Shown here piece after piece: positions 30,569-39,625 of a stretch of 64,000 nucleotides of DNA (positions are counted from its first letter, which is position 1; each line of letters begins with the position of its first letter). The translations under genes were made by a program, and so were the position numbers. Source of the DNA: Nitrospirota bacterium (GTDB lineage Bacteria > Nitrospirota > UBA9217); the NCBI GenBank assembly GCA_035623825.1, contig DASPSR010000007.1:96001-160000 (forward strand). Reading direction: 5' to 3'. Under the pieces are notes generated by a model, which ran no database searches, was not told where the DNA came from, and was given only the letters and a program-made list of their open reading frames with translations.

Positions 30569-32482
30569 CTACTTGTAGCTTCTCACCGTCAAAGGCGCGT
30601 TCTCGAACACGAGCGGCTCCTTGTGAAGTTCAGGCTCGCGGTCAACTCCCCTGTACTCCCAAGCCGCAACATACGCGAAGTTCTTGTCATCACGCACGGC
30701 CTCGCCATCGGGTGTCTGGTACTCTATCCTGAAATGCGCACCGCAGGATTCGTCCCGGTGAAGAGCGTCTTTGGCCATAAGCTCGGCAAACTCAAGAAAA
30801 TCGGCAACGCGGCCCGCCCTTTCAAGTTCCTGATTCAGTTTCTCTCCGCTGCCGGTCACTTTCACGTTCTCCCAGAACTCTTCACGCAATTCCGGAATCC
30901 GCCTGAGGGCCAACTTCAGCCCCTCTACACTCCGCTCCATGCCCACATTGTCCCACATGAGCCTGCCGAGCTCACGATGAATCTCGGTTGCAGTCTTGTT
31001 GCCGTTTATGGAGAGCAGTCTTTTGGTGAAGGACATGACTTCTTCGCGTGATTTCTTGAATTCTAGGTTATCCGCATTCACGGCGCCCGGATTTATTGAG
31101 GCCAGATAATTTGCGATAGTGTAAGGGATGATGAAGTATCCGTCAGCGAGACCCTGCATGAGTGCGCTCGCACCGAGTCGATTCGCGCCGTGATCAGAGA
31201 AGTTCGCCTCACCGAGGACAAAAAGCCCTCTGATATTGCTTTCGAGATTGTAGTCAACCCAAAGCCCCCCCATGGTGTAGTGGGGCGCGGGGTAGATACG
31301 CATCGGCTGTTTGTATCCATTCTCTGCCGTGATTCGCTCGTACATCTCGAAGATATTGCCATACCGATCGCGGATTGTGTCCTCACCGAGTCGTCTGATG
31401 GCATCGGAAAAATCAAGGAACACGCCCCGTCCACCGGGGCCCACGCCTCTGCCATCATCGCAGACCTCTTTTGCAGCACGAGACGTGATATCGCGAGCCG
31501 CGAGGTTGCCGAAGGCGGGGTATTTACGTTCCAGGTAATAATCTCGCTCTGCTTCCGGAATTTCGTTCGGTACGCGAGTGTCGCCTTTCCTCAGCGGCAC
31601 CCAGATCCTGCCGTCGTTCCGGAGCGACTCGGACATGAGCGTCAGCTTGGCTTGGTGCTCGCCCGTGACGGGGATGCAGGTGGGGTGGATCTGAGTATAG
31701 CACGGGTTTGCGAAGAACGCTCCTTTTTTGTAAGCCCGGTACGTGGCGGTGACGCTGGAGGCGAGAGAGTTTGTCGTCAGGAAATAGATGTTCGAGTATC
31801 CGCCGCTGCAGAGGCATACCGCGTCTGCTGCCATGGACTCCACTTTCCCGGTCACAAGGTCCCGAGCCGTTATGCCTCTCGCATGACCTTCAATGACCAC
31901 GAGGTCGAGCACCTCTGTGCGCGGGTGAAGGATGACCGTGCCGGCCTTCACCTGTCGTGAAAGCGCGCCGTAGGCGCCGAGCAAGAGTTGCTGGCCTGTC
32001 TGACCGCGCGAATAAAAGGTGCGTGATACCTGGGCGCCGCCGAAGGAGCGAGTCACGAGATAACCAGCATAGTCGCGGGCGAAGGGCACGCCTTGTGCTA
32101 CGCACTGATCGATTATGTTTGTGCTCACCTGTGCCAAGCGGTATACGTTCGCTTCTCGTGATCGGAAGTCTCCGCCCTTGATTGTGTCGTAGAAGAGACG
32201 GTAAACGCTGTCGCCGTCGCCGGGATAGTTCTTGGCTGCGTTGATCCCCCCCTGCGCCGCGATGCTATGGGCGCGGCGCGGGCTGTCCTGTGCGCAGAAG
32301 GACTGCACCTCATAGCCGAGCTCACCAAGGGTTGCCGCAGCGGACGCCCCGGCGAGCCCGGTTCCGACCACGATGATGCGGTGCTTCCGCCTGTTCGCTG
32401 GATTCACGAGTTTCAGTTCTTGGCGACGCCGTTCCCACTTCTCGGCAAGATGGCCGGAAGGAATTTTACCGTCAAGGATCAT
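30569..32482 (-). CDS. sdhA: Succinate dehydrogenase/fumarate reductase flavoprotein
   Basis: [44 protein letters not shown]. Confidence 0.95.
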   Translation of the reverse strand: MILDGKIPSGHLAEKWERRRQELKLVNPANRRKHRIIVVGTGLAGASAAATLGELGYEVQSFCAQDSPRRAHSIAAQGGINAAKNYPGDGDSVYRLFYDTIKGGDFRSREANVYRLAQVSTNIIDQCVAQGVPFARDYAGYLVTRSFGGAQVSRTFYSRGQTGQQLLLGAYGALSRQVKAGTVILHPRTEVLDLVVIEGHARGITARDLVTGKVESMAADAVCLCSGGYSNIYFLTTNSLASSVTATYRAYKKGAFFANPCYTQIHPTCIPVTGEHQAKLTLMSESLRNDGRIWVPLRKGDTRVPNEIPEAERDYYLERKYPAFGNLAARDITSRAAKEVCDDGRGVGPGGRGVFLDFSDAIRRLGEDTIRDRYGNIFEMYERITAENGYKQPMRIYPAPHYTMGGLWVDYNLESNIRGLFVLGEANFSDHGANRLGASALMQGLADGYFIIPYTIANYLASINPGAVNADNLEFKKSREEVMSFTKRLLSINGNKTATEIHRELGRLMWDNVGMERSVEGLKLALRRIPELREEFWENVKVTGSGEKLNQELERAGRVADFLEFAELMAKDALHRDESCGAHFRIEYQTPDGEAVRDDKNFAYVAAWEYRGVDREPELHKEPLVFENAPLTVRSYK

Positions 32483-32580
32483 TGTATCAAGCTCCGGAAT
32501 TTGGTAGGCAGCATAGCACATCGAGGATGGTGCTTTTTATCCTCTGACTCATGGGGTCTTTCACCCTGCTCTATGCGTCA

Positions 32581-33249
32581 TTACTGCCTCAATATCCCCA
32601 GAACCACTGCCACCGGGATTGACATGTACCAGAAAAAAAGAATGACCGACGCTATCGCTCCCGATTTTTCGAATGCGGGGATCGTCCTCTCGTTATTCAA
32701 CCCCCATGTCTGAAGGGAGCTCTGCATGCCGTGGAGCAAGTGAAGCCCCAAGGCCGCCAGGGCAATGACGTAAGACCCGCAAACGGCGATATTTTGAAAA
32801 CTGCGAACTACCATCATGAGCACGTCCGGTCTTCCCATGGCATCGACATGGCTGTCCGCAGAAATCGCAGGATTCGTGATTTGGAATGTGAACTGCAGGA
32901 GATGATAGATAAGGAAAATGACGATAACAATGCCGGTCCAGAACTGATTTCTTCCCGCAAAGGTCGCGTGTAGGTAATGTGTCACTGCGTAGGGCTGCGG
33001 CTTTGCCGCCTTATTGTCGATCTTGATCACGATGCCATAATACAGGTGGACGGTAAAGGCCGCTATCAGAACAATCCTGCCTCCCCAGACAAACAGCGGC
33101 AGGGTATATAAAGCCGCGACATAAGAATTGAGCTTGTGAAAGAAGATAGTTGAGTTACCGGCTATGTGAAAGATGACGAAGACGACAAGTACCTCTCCAG
33201 AGATTGCCATAAGTATCTTTCTGCCGACAGTGGATGTGGGGAAGACCAT
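32581..33249 (-). CDS. sdhC: Succinate dehydrogenase cytochrome b subunit
   Basis: STVGRKILMAISG, five TM helices with heme-ligating His. Confidence 0.9.
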   Translation of the reverse strand: MVFPTSTVGRKILMAISGEVLVVFVIFHIAGNSTIFFHKLNSYVAALYTLPLFVWGGRIVLIAAFTVHLYYGIVIKIDNKAAKPQPYAVTHYLHATFAGRNQFWTGIVIVIFLIYHLLQFTFQITNPAISADSHVDAMGRPDVLMMVVRSFQNIAVCGSYVIALAALGLHLLHGMQSSLQTWGLNNERTIPAFEKSGAIASVILFFWYMSIPVAVVLGILRQ

Positions 33250-33378
33250 TCAGGATTCCTTTGTAGTTCGGAGTCGGTTACGATGACCGTTTCGAAAATG
33301 AGAAGGTGCGTTCTTCGCATTTGGCGCCACCGGGTGGCCCCGATCGATGCAAGCCTCGTAACCGTTTTGCACCAACCG

Positions 33379-34782
33379 TCATTTTCCCGGTTCTTCCATG
33401 ATTCCGCCCTCGGTCATTTTTCTCGGATCGAGCAGTCGGTCCAGCTCCTCTTTCGACAAATTCGTCATCTCGGCAGCGACGTCTTTTAGCGAACGTCCTT
33501 CGGCATAGGCTTTCTGCGCGATCTGGGCCGCCTTCTCGTAGCCGATGACGGGGTTCAGCACCGTCACGAGTACCGGGTTCTGGCCCACAAGTGCCTCAGT
33601 ACGCTCCCGGTTCACGGTAAAGCTTGCCACGACCTTGTCTGCAAAAAGTCGAGCAGCATTTCCAAGAAGCGTAATCGACTGGAGCAAGTTATGGGCGATT
33701 ACCGGCAGCATGACATTCAACTCGAAGTTGCCGTGCTGGTTGCATACGGTGATGACCACGTCGTTCCCTATTACCTGGGCGCAGGCCATCATCATCGCTT
33801 CGCATATCACGGGGTTCACCTTGCCGGGCATGATGCTCGAACCCGGTTGGAGCGCGGGCAAGGATATCTCCCCCAGTCCAGCGACCGGACCGCTGTTCAT
33901 CCACCGGATGTCGTTGGCGATCTTCATAAAGGACGATGCAGTGGCTTTCAGATGCCCGCTCAGCTCCACGGCCGTATCCATGGTTGCCTGGGCTGCGAAA
34001 TGGTTGTTGGTCTCGGCAAAGGGGTGCCTCGTGCGCTGGACGATCTTGTCCACGACGCGCCTGCCGAATCCCGTCGGTGCATTGATGCCAGTGCCCACGG
34101 CCGTGCCGCCGATGGAGAGCATTGCCAGACGCGGCAGGCATGACTCGAGACGCTCGATTGCCTGCGCGACCTGAAAAGCCCAGCCGCCCATCTCTTGACT
34201 GAGGAGGATTGGCACGGCGTCCATAAGGTGCGTGCGGCCGGTTTTGACGACATCACGAAAATCAGGTTCACGCTTTTTGATCACTTTGTTGAGGTGCTTC
34301 AATGATGGCAGAAGCAGTTCGGTCACGTGAAGGAAGGCGCTTATATGGATAGCGGAAGGGATAACGTCGTTTGACGATTGGCCCATGTTCACGTGGTTGT
34401 TCGGATGGACCTTTGTGCCTGAGCCGCCGAGGAGCTGTGTAGCCCTGCGTGCGAGCACCTCGTTGGCATTCATGTTCGTCGATGTTGCCGAGCCTGTTTG
34501 GAATATATCGAGGGGGAAGTGGTCATCCCATTTCCCCTCGACAATTTCGAGTGCCGCTTGGCGGATAGCCTGCGCCGTTCTGGGTTCGAGCAGGCCGAGC
34601 TCCGCGTTCACCTCGGCAGCGGCAGCCTTGATGAGCCCGAGGGCCCGGATAAAGACATGGGGGAAGCGAATTCCGCTCACAGGGAAATTGTCAATCGCTC
34701 GTTGCGTCTGTGCCCCATAGAGGGCGTCTGCCGGAACCTTGACGTCACCAAGGGAATCTTTTTCGATACGGTAGTCGGTCAT
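33379..34782 (-). CDS. fumC: Class II fumarate hydratase
   Basis: YGAQTQRA, GRTHLMDA, GSSIMPGKVNP. Confidence 0.95.
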   Translation of the reverse strand: MTDYRIEKDSLGDVKVPADALYGAQTQRAIDNFPVSGIRFPHVFIRALGLIKAAAAEVNAELGLLEPRTAQAIRQAALEIVEGKWDDHFPLDIFQTGSATSTNMNANEVLARRATQLLGGSGTKVHPNNHVNMGQSSNDVIPSAIHISAFLHVTELLLPSLKHLNKVIKKREPDFRDVVKTGRTHLMDAVPILLSQEMGGWAFQVAQAIERLESCLPRLAMLSIGGTAVGTGINAPTGFGRRVVDKIVQRTRHPFAETNNHFAAQATMDTAVELSGHLKATASSFMKIANDIRWMNSGPVAGLGEISLPALQPGSSIMPGKVNPVICEAMMMACAQVIGNDVVITVCNQHGNFELNVMLPVIAHNLLQSITLLGNAARLFADKVVASFTVNRERTEALVGQNPVLVTVLNPVIGYEKAAQIAQKAYAEGRSLKDVAAEMTNLSKEELDRLLDPRKMTEGGIMEEPGK

Positions 34783-35144
34783 AGGGATAAGAATGTGGAC
34801 CCGGAATTTGCTTAATCACAAATCACGATGTTATTTGAAGTCAATAATTAGGATGACAGTGTTGCTTTTTTACACCTTTATTGCGTATTGTGCTAAGAGT
34901 CCAATCCTTGAAGAGACATGGGATGCAAAGAACTTGTTTTGTGATCAGACGCAGCCGTGAATCATGGATGTTATTATAGCGACTTTGAAAGGATTTTGCA
35001 CTGTGTTTTTTAAAAAAGAAAATACCGGAAGCTTTGCCAGTGACGATGCCGAAAACCTCTTCTTTAGAAGAGGGTCGGGATTCAGCAGGCGACAAAAGGG
35101 CCGCCAGTCCTCGATTTTCCGCAGCGAAGTGTAGAAAACTCGAG

Positions 35145-35173
35145 TTGACCGGCACAATAATTAATTCTATAAT
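35145..35173 (+). promoter_or_regulatory. sigma70-type promoter of the malic enzyme gene
   Basis: TTGACC-N17-TATAAT. Confidence 0.65.
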
Positions 35174-35194
35174 GAGGGCAAGAGGAGATGCGCT

Positions 35195-36613
35195 ATGGAC
35201 TCTGGATGCAACCCCGGACCCAGTCCCAGCTATAGCATAACAATCAGGCTAGAGATCGAGAACCGCATAGGAATGTTTGCCAAGATAGCCACGGCCATCA
35301 GCAGCGCCGGCGGCGACTTGGGTTCTGTAGACATCGTTCGCGTCCAGAAGGGCAAGATCATCCGGGACATCACTGTGAACGCCAGCAATGAGGAGCATGA
35401 GAAGGCGATTGTACGATCGATCAAGACTGTGGTTGGCGTGAAGGTCCTCAGGGTCATGGACCGAACCTTTTCGTCGCATGAGGGGGGAAAGATCGAGATC
35501 AAAAACAAGCTCCCTATGCGCGACCGGAGCGACCTCTCCCAGGTCTACACGCCGGGCGTTGCACGTGTGTGCATGGACATCCATGAGAACAAAGAACACG
35601 CCTACCGTTACACGATTAAAGGTAACTCCGTGGCTATTGTCTCTGATGGAACCGCCGTGCTCGGCCTCGGTGATATCGGGCCTGAGGCTGCGCTGCCGGT
35701 TATGGAAGGCAAGGCCATGATTTTTAAGGAATTCGCAGGCATCGATGCCTTCCCGATTGTACTCGCGACCAAGGACGTCGAGGAGATCGTGAATACGGTT
35801 AGATCTATCGCTCCGGCCTTCGGAGGCATCAACCTCGAGGACATTTCCGCCCCGCGGTGCTTCGAGGTAGAAAAGAGACTCCGAAAAATGCTTGATATTC
35901 CGGTATTCCATGACGATCAGCACGGTACCGCCGTGGTCGTGCTCGCCGCGCTCATCAACGTTGCGCGTCTGCTGAAACGCGATATCAAGAAGTTCAAAGT
36001 CGTTGTTGTCGGTGCAGGCGCAGCAGGCTCGGCCACAGCACGGATCCTCCTTGCCTCAGGCATCAGGGACATCATCGTCTGCGACACAGCCGGGGCCCTG
36101 TACGCCGGCAGAAAACAGGACAGGGATCCTGCTAAGCGAGAGCTCTCGAAGGAGACGAATCCGCGGAAGGTGAGGGGGAGTATTTCTGAGGCAATGAAAG
36201 GAGCGGATGTGTTCATTGGCTTGTCTGCACCGAACGTCATCACGAAAGAAGACATTCAGAGGATGTCCAAATCCCCTGTGGTTTTCGCCCTTGCCAATCC
36301 CGATCCCGAAATCAGACCTGAGGATGCCATGCCGCTGGTGCGCGTCATGGCGACGGGCCGGTCCGATTATCCGAACCAGATCAACAATATGCTCGGGTTC
36401 CCCGGCATCTTCCGGGGCCTCCTTGATGTCCGCGCTAGGGGCGTGAACGAAGCAGTGAAGCTCGCCGCTGCACGCGCCATCGCCCATATCGTAGAGGAGG
36501 ATGAGCTGCACGAGGACTATATTATTCCGAGCATCTTCGACCGCAAGGTGTCCGCATACGTGGCCGCCGCAGTTGCAGAGGTGGCGAAGAAGACGGGCCT
36601 GGCACCGGAATAA
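35195..36613 (+). CDS. NAD(P)-dependent malic enzyme with N-terminal ACT domain
   Basis: YTPGVA, GTAVLGLGDIG, NLEDI, FHDDQHGTA, GAGAAG, NQINN. Confidence 0.95.
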   Translation: MDSGCNPGPSPSYSITIRLEIENRIGMFAKIATAISSAGGDLGSVDIVRVQKGKIIRDITVNASNEEHEKAIVRSIKTVVGVKVLRVMDRTFSSHEGGKIEIKNKLPMRDRSDLSQVYTPGVARVCMDIHENKEHAYRYTIKGNSVAIVSDGTAVLGLGDIGPEAALPVMEGKAMIFKEFAGIDAFPIVLATKDVEEIVNTVRSIAPAFGGINLEDISAPRCFEVEKRLRKMLDIPVFHDDQHGTAVVVLAALINVARLLKRDIKKFKVVVVGAGAAGSATARILLASGIRDIIVCDTAGALYAGRKQDRDPAKRELSKETNPRKVRGSISEAMKGADVFIGLSAPNVITKEDIQRMSKSPVVFALANPDPEIRPEDAMPLVRVMATGRSDYPNQINNMLGFPGIFRGLLDVRARGVNEAVKLAAARAIAHIVEEDELHEDYIIPSIFDRKVSAYVAAAVAEVAKKTGLAPE

Positions 36614-36749
36614 GTAAGTGCGGGAGACGCCGGGCGACCTGAGGGCCTCTCCACTAGTGAAATTAAATCTTTTGCCACCCTTATGTTTCTGCGAATGAAG
36701 ACATCTTCGTCTCCACTTGTCCGAAATTGATCATCAGGAAGGAAAACCT

Positions 36750-38021
36750 ATGGCCGTGAATCATGAGAGATTACACAAAGACGAGAAAGACCTCCGCAGC
36801 CTGGCCATGACCGAGCTGCAGGCCATCTATGCCGATCTCGGGCTCACCCGGGACGAACTCGACCTCTTGGTTGCTCCACGCCGCTCCTTCACGGTGAGCT
36901 TTCCGGTAAAGACATCCGCGGGCAAGACGCAGATGTATACAGGCTACCGCGTACAGTACAATGACGCGCGCGGCCCTGCAAAGGGTGGCATCCGGTTCCA
37001 TCCGGATATGAACCTGGGTCACACGAGCGATCTCGCCTTTCTTATGGCCCTCAAGTGTGCGGTCGTGGATATCCCCTTCGGCGGCGCTAAAGGCGGTGTA
37101 GTCGTAGACCCCTTGGAGCTCAGCCGGGGGGAGCTTCAGCTCGTTACACGCGGCTACATCCGGGCCATCGCGGACTTCATCGGACCGTTCAAAGATATCC
37201 CCGCCCCCGATGTCTATACCGACGAGCACATCATGGCATGGGTCCTTGACGAGTATGAGCGCATCAAACGGGAACACATCCCCGCTGTGGTAACGGGAAA
37301 GCCGCCGGAGCTCGGTGGCATCAGTGTGCGCAGGTATTCAACCGCGCTCGGCGGGGTGCACGTGCTCGAGCAGGCCATGAAGGAGAGGGGAATGGAGGTT
37401 CGCGGGACGCGTGTCGCGGTTCAGGGCTTCGGCAATGTTGGCGGGAATGTCGCGCGCATCCTCCATCATTGGGGCTACACGGTAGTTGCCGTGAGCGACG
37501 TTAATGGTGCCATCCTGAACCCGAGCGGCATCGACATCTCCTCGCTCAGGCGACACAAGAACAAAGAAGGCAGCGTCGTGGGCTTTCCCGACGCAAAAAG
37601 CATCACGAACGCCGAACTTCTCACGACCGACTGCGACATCCTTATTCCCGCTGCGCTATCTAACCAGCTCGATGAGAACAATGCCCGTGACGTAAAGGCA
37701 AAAATCGTTCTCGAACTCGCCAATGCGCCAACAACCGCTGCGGCCGACGACCTCTTATTCGGAAGGGGAGTCCTGGTTATTCCGGACATCCTCGCTAATG
37801 CCGGTGGTGTAGCTGTGAGCTATTTCGAATGGAGCCAGAACCTAAGTAACGATCGCTGGCCGGAACATAAGGTCCTCGAAAAATTAAAACAGACAGTGAT
37901 AGCTGCCTTCAATGATGTCCATGGGCTCTGCAAGGAAATCGGTTGCAGGCTACGCAAGGCCGCGTACCAGCTCGCGGTAAAACGGATCCTGAACGCGGAG
38001 AGACTACGCGGTAATCTCTAG
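36750..38021 (+). CDS. gdhA: Glu/Leu/Phe/Val dehydrogenase (probable glutamate dehydrogenase)
   Basis: GPAKGGIRF, GGAKGG, DIPAPDV, QGFGNVG, NAGGV.VSYFEW. Confidence 0.85.
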   Translation: MAVNHERLHKDEKDLRSLAMTELQAIYADLGLTRDELDLLVAPRRSFTVSFPVKTSAGKTQMYTGYRVQYNDARGPAKGGIRFHPDMNLGHTSDLAFLMALKCAVVDIPFGGAKGGVVVDPLELSRGELQLVTRGYIRAIADFIGPFKDIPAPDVYTDEHIMAWVLDEYERIKREHIPAVVTGKPPELGGISVRRYSTALGGVHVLEQAMKERGMEVRGTRVAVQGFGNVGGNVARILHHWGYTVVAVSDVNGAILNPSGIDISSLRRHKNKEGSVVGFPDAKSITNAELLTTDCDILIPAALSNQLDENNARDVKAKIVLELANAPTTAAADDLLFGRGVLVIPDILANAGGVAVSYFEWSQNLSNDRWPEHKVLEKLKQTVIAAFNDVHGLCKEIGCRLRKAAYQLAVKRILNAERLRGNL

Positions 38022-38141
38022 GGACTCTTTGGAGTTAAAGCGCAGGGTACGAAATCAAGTACCTTGCCCGCAGGTGGAATCAGGAGAGGGCTGCTTCGCG
38101 CCAAGCACATAAAGAGTCACATTAATACTAAGGAGCGGCTT

Positions 38142-38741
38142 ATGATGAAGTGCAGGTCGTCAGTGGTGAAGCTTGTTTTTTTTATATGCTCTATAATAGT
38201 ATTCTCAGCATGTGCGAAGCCAACAGTGTCTGTATGCTTTACGACCCGCGACAACTGCTCCAGCGCAATCACCCATGAGATCGAACAGGCCAAGACCGAG
38301 ATCCTCGTACAAGCCTATTCGCTCACGTCCAAACCGATTGCGGATGCGATCGTGAAAGCAAAGGATTCTGGCGTGAGCATCGGGGTCATCCTCGATCGGT
38401 CATCCAAATTTGCGCGGAACAGTGCCACTTTTTTCTCCGTGCTCAATGGGATTCCCACCTATCTTGACGGAAGACATTCGATAGCAGACAACAATATGAT
38501 TGTAATCGACAAACGGACGGTCATAACCGGCAGTTACAATTTTACGAACGAGTCCGATGAAAAGAACGCCGAGAATCTACTCATAGTCAAGTCGGACGAG
38601 TTGGCAGGGGCCTATATCGACAACTGGCAGGAGCACAAGGGCCATTCCGAAGAGTTCAAGAACGAACCCCCAAAGGAGCAGCCCAAAACTGAAAAGAAGA
38701 AAACGGTGAAGAAGAAAAAGAAGCCAAAGGAAGGGCAATGA
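38142..38741 (+). CDS. Nuc/PLD-family lipoprotein with a mutated HKD motif and Lys-rich tail
   Basis: Lipobox FSAC; ILVQAYSLTS; IADNNMIVID...ITGSYNFT...NAENL. Confidence 0.8.
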   Translation: MMKCRSSVVKLVFFICSIIVFSACAKPTVSVCFTTRDNCSSAITHEIEQAKTEILVQAYSLTSKPIADAIVKAKDSGVSIGVILDRSSKFARNSATFFSVLNGIPTYLDGRHSIADNNMIVIDKRTVITGSYNFTNESDEKNAENLLIVKSDELAGAYIDNWQEHKGHSEEFKNEPPKEQPKTEKKKTVKKKKKPKEGQ

Positions 38742-39058
38742 CAACGAGCGGCTGGCGGCGGATGGCACATAGAGGTTGGTTCTGTTAGCACGTAATGGGG
38801 GTGTTCTAGCCGGAGCGACGTCGCGAGATTGGATTATACCGGCCAGAACGACCCGATACCGAGGATGAGCGCACAGCGGTTCTCGTAAAGATATAATCAA
38901 TAATAGTCAAAAAAAATGTACACACAGCGATCTTGATGGTAGCGCATCGGCGTTGAAAGGTACTTTCCGATTTATTCTGCACATACCTCCTCGCGCGCAG
39001 AGGTTCTTCATAAGGGGATCCCGATGATTTCAAGGATAGTTTTAACGTGTGGCAAGGC

Positions 39059-39086
39059 TTGAAAAACCCTGTAATCCGGGTATAAT
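39059..39086 (+). promoter_or_regulatory. sigma70-type promoter, probably leaderless
   Basis: TTGAAA-N16-TATAAT, ATG 6 nt downstream, no SD. Confidence 0.6.
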
Positions 39087-39092
39087 CTTTAT

Positions 39093-39458
39093 ATGAAAAC
39101 GAAGAAGAACCTTATCATTGTCGGAGATCGGGTCCTTATTGACCCCGACGAACGGATGGACAAGACGCCTTCGGGGCTTTACCTTCCCCCCACTGTCAAG
39201 GAAAAGGAGAAGATCATGGGTGGGCACGTGGTGAAGACGGGACCAGGCTATCCGATCCCTGAAGCGACGCCGGATGAATCGTGGACCTCAGGGAGGAAAG
39301 AAGTGAAGTATCTTCCCCTGCAGGCGGCAGAAGGAGATTATGCGATCTTTCTCAAGGACGCCGCAATGGAGATCGAATTCGAAGACAAGAAGTACCTCAT
39401 TGTTCCACATTCGGCGATACTTGCCTTGGTTCGTACGGAAATTTCCGAGGAGAATTAA
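39093..39458 (+). CDS. Orphan co-chaperonin GroES-family protein
   Basis: GDRVLI, TPSGLYLP, V..GPG, EIEFEDKKYLIV..SAILA; no groEL adjacent. Confidence 0.85.
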   Translation: MKTKKNLIIVGDRVLIDPDERMDKTPSGLYLPPTVKEKEKIMGGHVVKTGPGYPIPEATPDESWTSGRKEVKYLPLQAAEGDYAIFLKDAAMEIEFEDKKYLIVPHSAILALVRTEISEEN

Positions 39459-39625
39459 AAAACGTCATGACTACCGATAAGCGCTGCATCGAAAAAATTC
39501 GCATATTAATCCTCGATAGTCATTGTTCCCCTTTGATTCAATCCGGCCCTCTGGTGCTGAAATCAAAGTAAGTCTTGATGTCATCGGGTTCTTCTGTTAC
39601 ATTCATTAAACAACCGGAGGAAGTC

